Assembly (NCBI GenBank): GCA_964495315.1
Contig: CAZBVH010000003.1
Location: forward strand, 5,121 to 48,097
Source of the DNA: an uncultured Candidatus Bathyarchaeia archaeon
Lineage (GTDB): Archaea > Thermoproteota > Bathyarchaeia > RBG-16-48-13 > GCA-020345945
Reading direction: 5' to 3'
Length of the DNA: 42,977 nucleotides
In this document: positions 17,928-26,826 of the stretch, piece by piece
Layout: each line of letters starts with the position of its first letter
Position numbering within the stretch: the first letter of the stretch is position 1
Program-made: the position numbers and the translations under genes
Notes under the pieces: generated by a model
Databases searched by the model: none
What the model saw: the letters and a program-made list of their open reading frames with translations, nothing else
Told to the model about the DNA's origin: nothing

Positions 17928-18467
17928 CTAGAATATGCCGCCTCGGTGAGACTTGGCTAGGTTGCTGTAGGCTATTGCGTGTTTTCTGATTTGGGAGTAT
18001 TCTGTTTCTTCGACGTTTCTCACAGGTTTTGCAGGCATTCCAACGACCACGGATCTCGGTGGTATCCTTGAGTCATTGAGGACGACGGCACCCATGCCAA
18101 CGATTGAACCTTCGCCCACGACCGTATTGCTGAAGACTATGGCTCCAGTGCCTATCAGGCAGGTGTTGCCGATGTTGCACCCATGGACGATCGCGCCGTG
18201 GCCGATCGTAACGTAGTCCCCTATCTGGACGGGTATGTACCCTTTGAGGACATCTCCCTCGTATACGTCTCCACAGTGGACGACAACGTTCTCCTGGAGA
18301 TTTGTACATTTTCCTATCGTAATCTTCTCAACGTCTCCTCTGAGGACGCATCCAGGGAAGATGGATGTACCTTCGCCAATCTCAACATCGCCGACTACGG
18401 TCGCCAGATTTGAGACGAGAGCCTTCTTGTCGATTCGAGGGGTCTTCCCATGGTGGGGTACAATCAT
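17928..18467 (-). CDS. gamma-carbonic-anhydrase-like / left-handed beta-helix (hexapeptide repeat) protein
   Basis: VVGDVEIGEGTSIFPGCVLRGD...IGDYVTIGHGAIVHGCNIGNTCLIGTGAIV shows hexapeptide repeats. About 179 aa from the internal ATG at 18467, which fits the family length. Confidence 0.8.
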   Translation of the reverse strand: MIVPHHGKTPRIDKKALVSNLATVVGDVEIGEGTSIFPGCVLRGDVEKITIGKCTNLQENVVVHCGDVYEGDVLKGYIPVQIGDYVTIGHGAIVHGCNIGNTCLIGTGAIVFSNTVVGEGSIVGMGAVVLNDSRIPPRSVVVGMPAKPVRNVEETEYSQIRKHAIAYSNLAKSHRGGIF

Positions 18468-18607
18468 CCCGGACTTCTCTCCATCTGTGGAATATCTGAG
18501 CCGTTGTGGTACGGAGAGTGATCCCATATTTTTGAGCTTTGTCGATTGAGGTTCTGACCTTCCGAATCTGACATTCGAAGCAAAAGAATGCGTCAAACAT
18601 GGTCACT

Positions 18608-18622
18608 GGTTTCTGTGTAATC
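18608..18622. promoter_or_regulatory. second copy of the GGTTTCTGTGTAATC motif
   Basis: Exact 15-mer match to 12185-12199, again preceded by TCAC. It lies in the divergent spacer between the gamma-CA-like (-) and ParB-like (+) genes. Confidence 0.35.
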
Positions 18623-18741
18623 TTGATAGAAATCGAGTATTGCTCCGGAGTGGCCCGGATGTTATGTACATAAAGGTACCCACAAGACAAAAATAGTTCA
18701 TTCGAGGCTTAATCTATTCGCATATTGAGGATGGCGGCATC

Positions 18742-19554
18742 TTGGAAACTACCTCTCCTGACCTGCGAATAGTGTCTCTCGACACTCTGGTTCTCCATGA
18801 GAGAGAGGAGAACGGACGAAGAGAGAAACTGAGGGAGAGGATAACAAACGAGGGGAGGCTGCGAAACCCGGTAATAGCTGCCACAATCGGAGAGGGCGAA
18901 CGACTCCTAGTCATTGACGGTGTCCACAGGTACTTCGCTCTCAGAGACCTCGGGTGCAGAGATGCGCTCGTACAGATCGTTGACTACCAAGACAGAAGAA
19001 TCAAGCTCTACACCTGGTGTCGACTAATACCGCACCTTGCAGGCTTCTTGGCGAAGACCGAGGCTCTTGGGCTGAGAGCAGAGAAGGTAGAGGAGAAAGC
19101 TGCCATTAGAGCTCTTGAGTCAGGAGCGGCATACGGATACGCACGTGCAGCCGATAAATCGTGCATACTCATCAAGGGCAACAACCTCACGCTCAACGAG
19201 AAGACTGAGATCCTCCAAGAGATCCTAGACTCCTGCGGAAAGCTACCCAGAGTCCGATGTGAGGAGGTAGACGAGAATCTAAAATTGGGGTACGCGGAAG
19301 GAGGTCTGATCGTTGGAGCCTACACGAAGATTGAGGTACTGGAACTAGCCAGATCCGAGACGAAGCTCCCCGCGGGAACGACCAGACACATTGTCCCCGG
19401 CCGAGTTCTCAACGTAGACATCCCTCTAGACTTCCTCAAATCAGAGATACCGACTGAGGAGAAGAACAAGATCCTAGCCGACAGGATCAACCGATTGACG
19501 GCGGAGGGTAGAGTGCGGTACTACCCCGAACCAGTCTGGCTATTCGACGAATAG
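18742..19554 (+). CDS. ParB/sulfiredoxin-fold domain protein
   Basis: LDTLVLHEREENGRREKLRERITNEGRLRNPVIAA...LLVIDGVHRYFALRDLG resembles the ParB N-terminal/Srx fold. A ~170-aa C-terminal domain is unassigned. The start (TTG 18742 or GTG 18772) is uncertain. Confidence 0.55.
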   Translation: METTSPDLRIVSLDTLVLHEREENGRREKLRERITNEGRLRNPVIAATIGEGERLLVIDGVHRYFALRDLGCRDALVQIVDYQDRRIKLYTWCRLIPHLAGFLAKTEALGLRAEKVEEKAAIRALESGAAYGYARAADKSCILIKGNNLTLNEKTEILQEILDSCGKLPRVRCEEVDENLKLGYAEGGLIVGAYTKIEVLELARSETKLPAGTTRHIVPGRVLNVDIPLDFLKSEIPTEEKNKILADRINRLTAEGRVRYYPEPVWLFDE

Positions 19555-19601
19555 AGAACGTTGAGACACAGGAATTAACCACCGTCCTCTTGCTAAAGTA
19601 G

Positions 19602-20276
19602 CTAATCGATTCCTTCCCAGGAAGACGTCTTCATATCGGACTCCTTAAGCCATATGGCCCAGCAGATGAGGGTCTGAGAGTACCCGATCTCCTTGGAGAG
19701 ACACTTCATCTTTTTGATGAACTCCAGATCATCCACGGCCTCGATGGCAAAGACACGTCCCACGACCCGCTTGACTATCTTATCGGGCATGGTCGTGTCC
19801 ACACCAGCCTGCATCCTCAAGTACTGGAACGTGACCAAGCCTAACCCATGGATCACGCCGACAGGATCATCCCACCATCTCTCGTAGTTGGCCCTCTCAG
19901 CCCAAACCCTCAAAGCAGCAAGATCACTCGGAAGCCCCTCCTTCCTCCTCATCTCACTCAAAACCTTGCAGACGTTCACAGCAACTCCCCAACATCGCTC
20001 GTTATTCATGATGCCTCTCAGCCGCGAATCCTGAGGAGACAACCCCGAGAAATCCTCGAACGAGGCAATCCGACCCGTCTTCACACATTCTTCCCAGAAA
20101 CGTCGCACCCGAGGGACCACAATCTGAAAGTAGTTCAAGCCAATCGAGTCCAAAGCCGCATCCACTACAATTAGTACAGCATTTCCACCCCACCTCTTTC
20201 CGTTGAGACATCTCTGCTCACCCTCCTCAGCAATCTTCAGAACTTCACCATACTCCTCCCGAAACAGATCCAGCAT
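19602..20276 (-). CDS. hypothetical protein with helix-hairpin-helix-like segment
   Basis: 224 aa. IHGLGLVTFQYLRMQAGVDTTMPDKIVKRVV aligns by eye with the Nth segment [31 protein letters not shown] found later in this window. No Fe-S loop. Confidence 0.5.
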   Translation of the reverse strand: MLDLFREEYGEVLKIAEEGEQRCLNGKRWGGNAVLIVVDAALDSIGLNYFQIVVPRVRRFWEECVKTGRIASFEDFSGLSPQDSRLRGIMNNERCWGVAVNVCKVLSEMRRKEGLPSDLAALRVWAERANYERWWDDPVGVIHGLGLVTFQYLRMQAGVDTTMPDKIVKRVVGRVFAIEAVDDLEFIKKMKCLSKEIGYSQTLICWAIWLKESDMKTSSWEGID

Positions 20277-20590
20277 ACATAGTCCTCACAGAAAGGTCAA
20301 ATCAAAGGTCGATCGACTGCCATTGGCCAAATCCCTAGGAGGCAGATTCAAGACCCACCTCTTTCTAGATCAGAGCATGATTGGCAGTATTAAGCTTGAA
20401 CGCCCACCATGGTCTCTACCCCCTCGACAATCGCATCGACTAGAACACCTGCATGTTTCGGCAAGGGCAGGCACTCCAAGACGGATGATTCCCACCGCGA
20501 AGAAGACCGAGAATCAGGAGAGGGTGAACCCACAGGCGCAGTGCGACCCTGCCTCCACGACTCTCTTTGGGTGACAGAGGACAATCCTAC

Positions 20591-20655
20591 TCCCAAATCT
20601 TATATCCGCTCTTCGTACGAGCAACTCTTTGTTCTTGGAGGGGTGAAAGCTGACG
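20591..20655 (+). promoter_or_regulatory. promoter/5'UTR of LarA-like copy 1 (TATA-like TTATAT 20600-20605, SD GGAGGGGTGA 20637-20646)
   Basis: AAATCTTATATCC lies ~50 nt upstream of the ATG. The whole element is duplicated at 21946..22010. Confidence 0.5.
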
Positions 20656-21906
20656 ATGAAAGTAGTGGAGGTGCCATCCCTTCTCTGGTACGGCAACACA
20701 GGCCTGAAGCTTCAATTCCCAGAGGACTGGAATGTTCATGTCTGTTCAATGCCAGGAGAAAACCAGCGGACCATAGAACCCAAAGCAATCAAGGAAGCCC
20801 TAGTGAACCCCATAGGCTCCAAGACGATAAGCTCCTTGGCAGCTCAGAGGAAGGAGGCCGTAATCATGTTCGACGACATGACAAGACCAACGAGAGCGTA
20901 CCAGATCTTACCGTTCATCCTGGACGAGTTGAGGAAGGGAGGGATGTCAGACGATCACATAAGGCTCGTGGATGCTCTTGGGTGCCACGGCGCTGACGAC
21001 CGAGTAGATTTCGCGAAGAAGCTTGGGGAGGACGTGGTTGAGCGTTACCCCGTATATAACCACAATCCATTTCACAATGTGACGGATGTCGGCGAGACGG
21101 CAAGAGGAACCCCTGTCCAAGTAAACTCTGAGGTGATGGAATGCGACCTCAAGATAGGCGTCGGCTGCGTTGTGCCGCACGGTATGTCTGGCTACGGAGG
21201 TGGAGCGAAGATCATCCTTCCCGGAGTCACGTCCTACAAGACCACCTACCACAACCACGGATTTGTCTTCAAGCCCAGCCCAGACTCTGACACCAACCAC
21301 CCAACAGCAGGTTGGGCGAAGGTAGATGAGAACGTAATGCGTCTCGACTTGGAGGAGTCAGCGAAGCTGGCTCAGCTGGACATCAAAGTAGACACCGTAA
21401 TCAACGGCAGAGCGGAAACCATCGCCGTCTTCGCAGGAGACTTCGTCAAGGAACATCGTGAAGCCGTGAAGCTGGGCAGAAAAGTCTACGAGACAAAACC
21501 TCTGGTCGACGCTGACGCTGTGGTCGCCAACACGTACACCAAAGCCAACGAAGCCGGAATCGGGATGTCTATGGCCCTAACCTCAGTGAGGAAGGGAGGA
21601 ACGGTGGTGCTAGTCGTCAATACACCTGAGGCCCCGATAACTCACTATCTGTATGGGAAATTCGGCAAGAACGGAGGAGGAGGACTCTATTCGCAAAGAC
21701 CGCCCAGCAAGAAGCTGGGAAAACTGATCGTCTTCTCGCCCTACAAGGTCGTAGACCCACTCCTCTCATGGGGAGACCCCGACTGTTTCACTTGGATCAA
21801 GACATGGAAAGAAGTACTCGAAGAACTCCGAGCAACACATAGCGGAAGGATGAGGGTTGCTGTGTACCCGAACAGTGAGATCCAATGCCCACCTCAAGCA
21901 GATTGA
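20656..21906 (+). CDS. LarA-family (DUF2088) nickel-pincer-cofactor-dependent racemase/epimerase-like, copy 1
   Basis: 416 aa. FDDMTRPT, ALGCHG and VVPHGMSGYGGGAKIILPG correspond to the LarA substrate/cofactor motifs, including the GGxK lysine. Confidence 0.8.
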   Translation: MKVVEVPSLLWYGNTGLKLQFPEDWNVHVCSMPGENQRTIEPKAIKEALVNPIGSKTISSLAAQRKEAVIMFDDMTRPTRAYQILPFILDELRKGGMSDDHIRLVDALGCHGADDRVDFAKKLGEDVVERYPVYNHNPFHNVTDVGETARGTPVQVNSEVMECDLKIGVGCVVPHGMSGYGGGAKIILPGVTSYKTTYHNHGFVFKPSPDSDTNHPTAGWAKVDENVMRLDLEESAKLAQLDIKVDTVINGRAETIAVFAGDFVKEHREAVKLGRKVYETKPLVDADAVVANTYTKANEAGIGMSMALTSVRKGGTVVLVVNTPEAPITHYLYGKFGKNGGGGLYSQRPPSKKLGKLIVFSPYKVVDPLLSWGDPDCFTWIKTWKEVLEELRATHSGRMRVAVYPNSEIQCPPQAD

Positions 21907-21945
21907 GTGATCCACCAGCAGCTTAGATTCTTAAGAGAAGGCTCC

Positions 21946-22010
21946 TCCCAAATCTTATATCGGCTCTTCATGGGACCAACTCTTTGTTCTCAGAGGGGTG
22001 AAAGCTGACG
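21946..22010 (+). promoter_or_regulatory. duplicated promoter/5'UTR of LarA-like copy 2
   Basis: TCCCAAATCTTATATCGGCTCTTC...CTCTTTGTTCTCAGAGGGGTGAAAGCTGACGATG is near-identical to 20591..20658. Confidence 0.5.
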
Positions 22011-23261
22011 ATGAAAGCAGTGGGGGTGCCATCCCTTCTCTGGTACGGCAATACTGAACTTGAGCTACGGTTCCCGACGGACTGGAGTGTCCAGATCTGT
22101 TCTATGCCAGGAGCGGACCGGCCACCAATAGGATCCAAAGCGATCAGGGAGGCTTTGGCGAATCCTATAGGCTCCAAGACGATAAGCTCCTTGGCGGCTG
22201 AAAGAGAGGAGGCCGTGATCATATTCGATGACATGACGAGACCAACGAGAGCATACCAGATCATACCCTCCATTCTGGATGAATTGAAGAGGGGAGGAAT
22301 ATCAGACGATCACATCAGGTTCGTGGACGCCCTTGGATGCCATGGGGCCGACGACCGCATAGATTTTGTGAAGAAGCTGGGAGAGGATGTGGTCGAACGT
22401 TTCCCCGTTTACAACCATAACCCCTTCCACAATCTTACAGAGGTAGGGAAGACGATGAGGGGAACCCCAGTTGAGCTCAATGCTGAAGTGATGGACTGCG
22501 ACCTCAGGATAGGCTTGGGATGCGTTGTTCCGCACCCAGGTGCCGGTTACGGCGGCGGAGGGAAGATCATCCTTCCGGGAGTAGTCTCCTTCGACACCAC
22601 TTACCACAACCACGGAGTTGTTGGCAGAGAGCACCCGGGGTCCATCACCCGGAATCCAACGACGGGCTGGGGAAAGATAGAACAGAATGTGATGCGCCTA
22701 GACATGGAGGAGACAGCCAAACTGGCTGGACTCGATATCAAGGTGGATGCTCTAGTCAACGGCAGAGGAGAGACTACAGCTCTTTTCGCCGGAGACTTCG
22801 TGAAGGAGCATCGAGAGGCCGTGAAGCTGGGGAGAGAAGTCTATGAGACGCAGCCCGCAACTGAGGCTGATATCGTAGTCGCCAACACGTATTCTAAAGC
22901 CAACGAGTCCACCCTCGGCATGTCCATAGCTCTAGCCTCAGTGAAGAGGGAGGGCTCAATAGTGCTGATCGCCAATACCCCTGAGGCGCAGATAACCCAC
23001 TACTTGGTAGGAAAGTTCGGTAAGAAAGGAGGGGCCAAACTGTATCAACCAGCATCCCCGCATCCAGAACTCGGAAGGCTGATAGTGTTCTCACCCCACA
23101 AGGTCGTAGACCCACTCCTCTCATGGGGAGACCCTGACTCATTCATCTGGGTCAAGACCTGGGTCGAAGTACTTGAAGAGCTGAGAGCAGCGCACAGCGG
23201 AAGATTAAGAGTCGCGGTCTACCCGAACGCCGATATCCAATGTCCACCACAAGCAGATTGA
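22011..23261 (+). CDS. LarA-family racemase/epimerase-like, copy 2
   Basis: 416 aa and colinear with copy 1 (roughly three quarters identical by eye). Same motifs: FDDMTRPT, ALGCHG, VVPHPGAGYGGGGKIILPG. Confidence 0.8.
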   Translation: MKAVGVPSLLWYGNTELELRFPTDWSVQICSMPGADRPPIGSKAIREALANPIGSKTISSLAAEREEAVIIFDDMTRPTRAYQIIPSILDELKRGGISDDHIRFVDALGCHGADDRIDFVKKLGEDVVERFPVYNHNPFHNLTEVGKTMRGTPVELNAEVMDCDLRIGLGCVVPHPGAGYGGGGKIILPGVVSFDTTYHNHGVVGREHPGSITRNPTTGWGKIEQNVMRLDMEETAKLAGLDIKVDALVNGRGETTALFAGDFVKEHREAVKLGREVYETQPATEADIVVANTYSKANESTLGMSIALASVKREGSIVLIANTPEAQITHYLVGKFGKKGGAKLYQPASPHPELGRLIVFSPHKVVDPLLSWGDPDSFIWVKTWVEVLEELRAAHSGRLRVAVYPNADIQCPPQAD

Positions 23262-23294
23262 CTGCCTCTTGAAAGGAAACAGAAGTCGCAGGCT

Positions 23295-23945
23295 CTAAGG
23301 CTTCTGAGTCTCAATGAGATACTCCTGCAATTCTTTCAGATCTGTGAGAGTGAGATCCTCCCTCCCTTTCTTTGACCTGTCCAAGTGGAGGGCATGCATA
23401 CCTGCTTCTCTAGGGGCCAAGAAGTCGTCGCACCTATCGTCACCGATGTGAAGCACCTTCCCAGGCTTTATCCCCAGAGCAGCACATATCTTAACGTACA
23501 TACCAGCCGTCTTCTTGATCTGGTTGAAGTCAGTTACCGATGAGAAGACGCGTTTGAAATGGTGTCTCAGCCCTTCTATCTCGTAGCTTAGGATGTCCTT
23601 GGGCGCATTGGAGACGACCGCCAACTCGTAGAACTGCTCAAGACACTCGAGGACGGAGGAGACCTCCGGGTAGAGTCTGACTTCGTGTTTCAGCGACTCC
23701 AACAAGTCGCTCGGGCAACTATCGAGCTCGAAACGGTCAAACCAGTACTGCAGAATGTACCATCGAATGTCGTTCCTGCCAACAGTCTCGTATTCCATGG
23801 CAACCTGCTCCTTCGCCTCTTCTAAGGAGACCCCTTTCCTCTCAGCATAGAGCCTAGGAATCCCCACGTTCCAGACCGAATCTATGAAACTGTGATCCAC
23901 GAGAGTGCCGCCGACATCAAAGGAGATTAGACTCAGATACTTCAT
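23295..23945 (-). CDS. HAD-superfamily hydrolase
   Basis: MKYLSLISFDVGGTLVD (motif I variant) and HIGDDRCDDF (motif IV). Start taken at the internal ATG 23945. Confidence 0.7.
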   Translation of the reverse strand: MKYLSLISFDVGGTLVDHSFIDSVWNVGIPRLYAERKGVSLEEAKEQVAMEYETVGRNDIRWYILQYWFDRFELDSCPSDLLESLKHEVRLYPEVSSVLECLEQFYELAVVSNAPKDILSYEIEGLRHHFKRVFSSVTDFNQIKKTAGMYVKICAALGIKPGKVLHIGDDRCDDFLAPREAGMHALHLDRSKKGREDLTLTDLKELQEYLIETQKP

Positions 23946-24073
23946 GAAGATCCACTTTGAGAAGATCCGAAGATTCAAGCTACTCTTAGGCTTTGCAGAG
24001 GGGACCCAACCCGGGTCCAAGATAACTCATAAGCCTTTTGACTTTTGGGCTGACAGTTCTCCATCGATGGGAT

Positions 24074-24784
24074 ATGATTGACCTGAGCAAGTATCGGATT
24101 ATCGATATATCTGACGAGGTTATCCCCGGGATCTACGATGAAAGGGGAGAGTACACGCATCCTAGGGGCGGGTGGGCAGCGAGGCGCTGGGAGCTCCGTC
24201 GATGGATCTACGCCGAGGACAAGGCGATCATGCATTGGGTCGATACAGAAACCCACATCGGAACCCATGTGGAGGGCCCGCTCCATTATGACAGAAACGG
24301 GAAAGCACCCTGCGAGATACCTGTTGAAACGTATATGGGCGAATGCTGCGTGTGCGACTTCTCAGACATGCCTCCGAAAGATGGGAAGAGGCAGCCGATA
24401 ATGCCTAAAGATCTTGAGCGAAAGGGCGTCAGGAAAGGCGATGTCGTCCTGCTATGGAGTGGACTGCCCCCAGAGGAAGCCCCCTTCATCAGCCCTGAGG
24501 CTGCCAGATGGATGTATAAGCTTCCGGTTAAGCAGATGGGAATCTCCGGAATCGGATTGGAAGCGCCAGTGGGCAAGGGATACCCGTACAAGCCGACGCC
24601 AGGCTACCCATGTTCGATGGAAACCCACAGACATCTCCTTGCGAATAATATCCCCATAATCGAGGGCATAACCAACCTGGAAAAGATAAAGAAGAGCAGG
24701 GTCTTCTACATCGGACTACCCATCATGACGAGAGGCATGGACTCATCCTGGATCAGAGCCATAGTCTTAGAGGAGAAGCAATAG
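24074..24784 (+). CDS. putative cyclase / kynurenine-formamidase-like metal hydrolase
   Basis: ETHIGTHVEGPLH matches the cyclase-family HxGTHxDxPxH motif with D to E. Start taken at ATG 24074 (MIDLSKYRIIDIS). Confidence 0.65.
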   Translation: MIDLSKYRIIDISDEVIPGIYDERGEYTHPRGGWAARRWELRRWIYAEDKAIMHWVDTETHIGTHVEGPLHYDRNGKAPCEIPVETYMGECCVCDFSDMPPKDGKRQPIMPKDLERKGVRKGDVVLLWSGLPPEEAPFISPEAARWMYKLPVKQMGISGIGLEAPVGKGYPYKPTPGYPCSMETHRHLLANNIPIIEGITNLEKIKKSRVFYIGLPIMTRGMDSSWIRAIVLEEKQ

Positions 24785-24985
24785 TCAGGAAACACAGAGG
24801 AAACACCTACCGAAGACTCGAAACTGCTTAGGCTCTAATCCTTTCCATCCCGTTCCTGAGAACTGCACCAACGGATTTCCAGCCAGCTAGGAAGACCTAT
24901 CCATCCGAAGAGTCAGCTGAACGCCCATAATCAAGGATTAAATACCGCAGGGAGAGACTGATGGATGAGGAGGGGGACAGCTTTC

Positions 24986-25177
24986 ATGGGCAAGGTATAC
25001 AGACCAGAAGACCTGACCGCGGACATACCTAAGCAGGTTCCAGATCTCCCCATAAGGTCGCCAACGCCTCTTGTGAGAGCAGACATAGAATCTCTGTACA
25101 GAGAGGTAGAATCGATCAGAAGAGAGATCGACAAGATAAAGCAGGCATTGAGAACTCACGGCATCGCCGTTGAGTAG
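24986..25177 (+). CDS. small coiled-coil protein (~63 aa)
   Basis: GGAGGGGG lies upstream of ATG 24986. The C-terminal heptad-like segment is ADIESLYREVESIRREIDKIKQAL. Confidence 0.35.
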   Translation: MGKVYRPEDLTADIPKQVPDLPIRSPTPLVRADIESLYREVESIRREIDKIKQALRTHGIAVE

Positions 25178-25209
25178 GAAAGAGCCCAAACCCTAGTCGG
25201 AGGAGCAAA

Positions 25210-25338
25210 ATGGGCCAAAGGATGAGGAGAACCCGCCCATTTCAAAACCCTGAGTGTCGAGCGTGCAGCTTGAAGGCTACAGTCTACTGCTGGAATAGAT
25301 GCCCTTTCAATACTTGGAGGGCAGGACGAATCGAATAG
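25210..25338 (+). CDS. possible 42-aa four-Cys mini-protein
   Basis: Not in the track. GGAGGAG lies 5 nt upstream of ATG 25210. MGQRMRRTRPFQNPECRACSLKATVYCWNRCPFNTWRAGRIE has CxxC...CxxxC. Speculative. Confidence 0.25.
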   Translation: MGQRMRRTRPFQNPECRACSLKATVYCWNRCPFNTWRAGRIE

Positions 25339-25393
25339 TTAAGTGACGCCCCAGTACCGAGCGACACCAAATCTGATAAGTTGAACGGAGGCT

Positions 25394-26527
25394 CTATCCA
25401 CCCCTCAAGATCTCTCTTGCCATGGCGTCACCTACTTGACTTGTAGTAGAGTTTCCGCCTAGATCACGAGTTCTTACCTTGCCCTCTCCGAGAACCCTGC
25501 GAACCACTTGCTCAACCATCTTGCTTGCTTCTGACTCGCCCAGATTATCCAGCAGCATCGAACCTGCCAGAATGGTCGCAACAGGATTCACCACATTCTG
25601 ACCCTTATATTTCGGTGCGGATCCATGGATCGGTTCAAACATTGAGGTGCCCTCCGGGTTTATGTTGCCCCCAGCTGCTACTCCCAGCCCTCCTTGGATC
25701 ATAGCTCCCAAGTCGGTGATGATATCTCCGAACATGTTCGGTGCCACCACGACTTGGTACCACTCAGGGTTCTTGACGAACCACATCGTGACAGCGTCGA
25801 CGTAGCTGAACTCCGTCTCTATATCGGGATAGTCCTTGCGGACCCCTTCGAAAACCTCCCTCCAAAAGCCATAGGCTTCAGAAAGTACATTGGCTTTGTC
25901 GACGCTAGTGACTTTCTTCCTACCGGTCTTCAGGGCGAGCTCAAAGGCGTATCTTATTACCCTCTCGGCTCCACGTCTGCTTATGACCATTAGCTGGTAT
26001 GCGATCTCTTCATGGTCGGTCTCTACGTCCAGACTGAACTTTGCACTGTAAAGGCTCCTGATCAAGCTCATCTCTTGCCTGCTCCTACCCTTCTTGGCTC
26101 TGCCTCCAAGCCCGACATACATGTCCTCGGTGTTCTCCCTAACCACCAAGAAGTCTATGTCTTTCGGCGTTTTTCCCTTGAGCGGAGTCGGGACTCCGTC
26201 CATCAGCCGAACCGGTCTCAGGTTTATGTACTGATCTAGCTGGAATCTGATCTTGAGAATTATCCCCCTCTCAAGGAGACCTGGTGGACACCTCGGGTCC
26301 CCTACGGCCCCGAAGTATATGGCTGAGCTCTTCTCCATCTCCTTGAGAGCCGAGTCGGGAAGTATTTCTCCGGTCGCCAAGTAGTGATCTGCGCCGTAAG
26401 GATGTCTCACCCATTCTATCTCGAAGCCGTGCAGCTCGGAGACAGCGTCCAACACCTTTATGCCTTCCGCAATAACTTCAGGCCCAATTCCATCACCGGC
26501 AATCACAGGAATCTTGTAGCTCACCAT
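25394..26527 (-). CDS. isocitrate/isopropylmalate dehydrogenase family, tartrate/D-malate dehydrogenase (TtuC/DmlA)-like
   Basis: [82 protein letters not shown]. The AIYFGAVG and QYxNLRPVRL blocks resemble DmlA/TtuC more than typical LeuB. Confidence 0.8.
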   Translation of the reverse strand: MVSYKIPVIAGDGIGPEVIAEGIKVLDAVSELHGFEIEWVRHPYGADHYLATGEILPDSALKEMEKSSAIYFGAVGDPRCPPGLLERGIILKIRFQLDQYINLRPVRLMDGVPTPLKGKTPKDIDFLVVRENTEDMYVGLGGRAKKGRSRQEMSLIRSLYSAKFSLDVETDHEEIAYQLMVISRRGAERVIRYAFELALKTGRKKVTSVDKANVLSEAYGFWREVFEGVRKDYPDIETEFSYVDAVTMWFVKNPEWYQVVVAPNMFGDIITDLGAMIQGGLGVAAGGNINPEGTSMFEPIHGSAPKYKGQNVVNPVATILAGSMLLDNLGESEASKMVEQVVRRVLGEGKVRTRDLGGNSTTSQVGDAMAREILRGG

Positions 26528-26826
26528 TCAGGAACTGCCTCGCCTCGATATCTGCCTCTACCGTTCAAGAACTTTGCCCTCCATGGAGACCATCCTTCGC
26601 AGCTCCCTAACCCTCCGAGATACCTCTTTCATACCTGACATGTCGAGGAGAACGCGGTGAAACAGATTTTAGGTATGTTTGAGAGAATCGATTACGTGGA
26701 CTCCCAGACATTGAGGGGTTACAACTGAAGCGTGAAGCCAAACTCTCAAGCCTTCAGAGCTATTCAGAGGAGCTTCGACTGGACCTGAGTAAGTCGAGGG
26801 ACAGGTTTAAGTGGTTTCTTGCCTCG

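Larger units (their letters stand above)
20587..23261 (+). repeat. tandem duplication, period 1355 bp (promoter + LarA-like gene, two copies)
   Basis: 20591 aligns with 21946 and 20656 with 22011. Long exact stretches are shared, for example ATAGGCTCCAAGACGATAAGCTCCTTGGC. Similarity ends at the stop codons. Confidence 0.85.

Noticed and set aside
20409-20996. 195-aa ORF spanning the LarA copy 1 start.
   Set aside because: It overlaps the well-supported LarA frame and its duplicated promoter. Its Ser/Arg/Glu-rich composition is not protein-like.
24786-24808. Direct repeat AGGAAACAC-AG-AGGAAACAC right after the cyclase stop.
   Set aside because: There are only two short copies and no further context. 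It is likely fortuitous.
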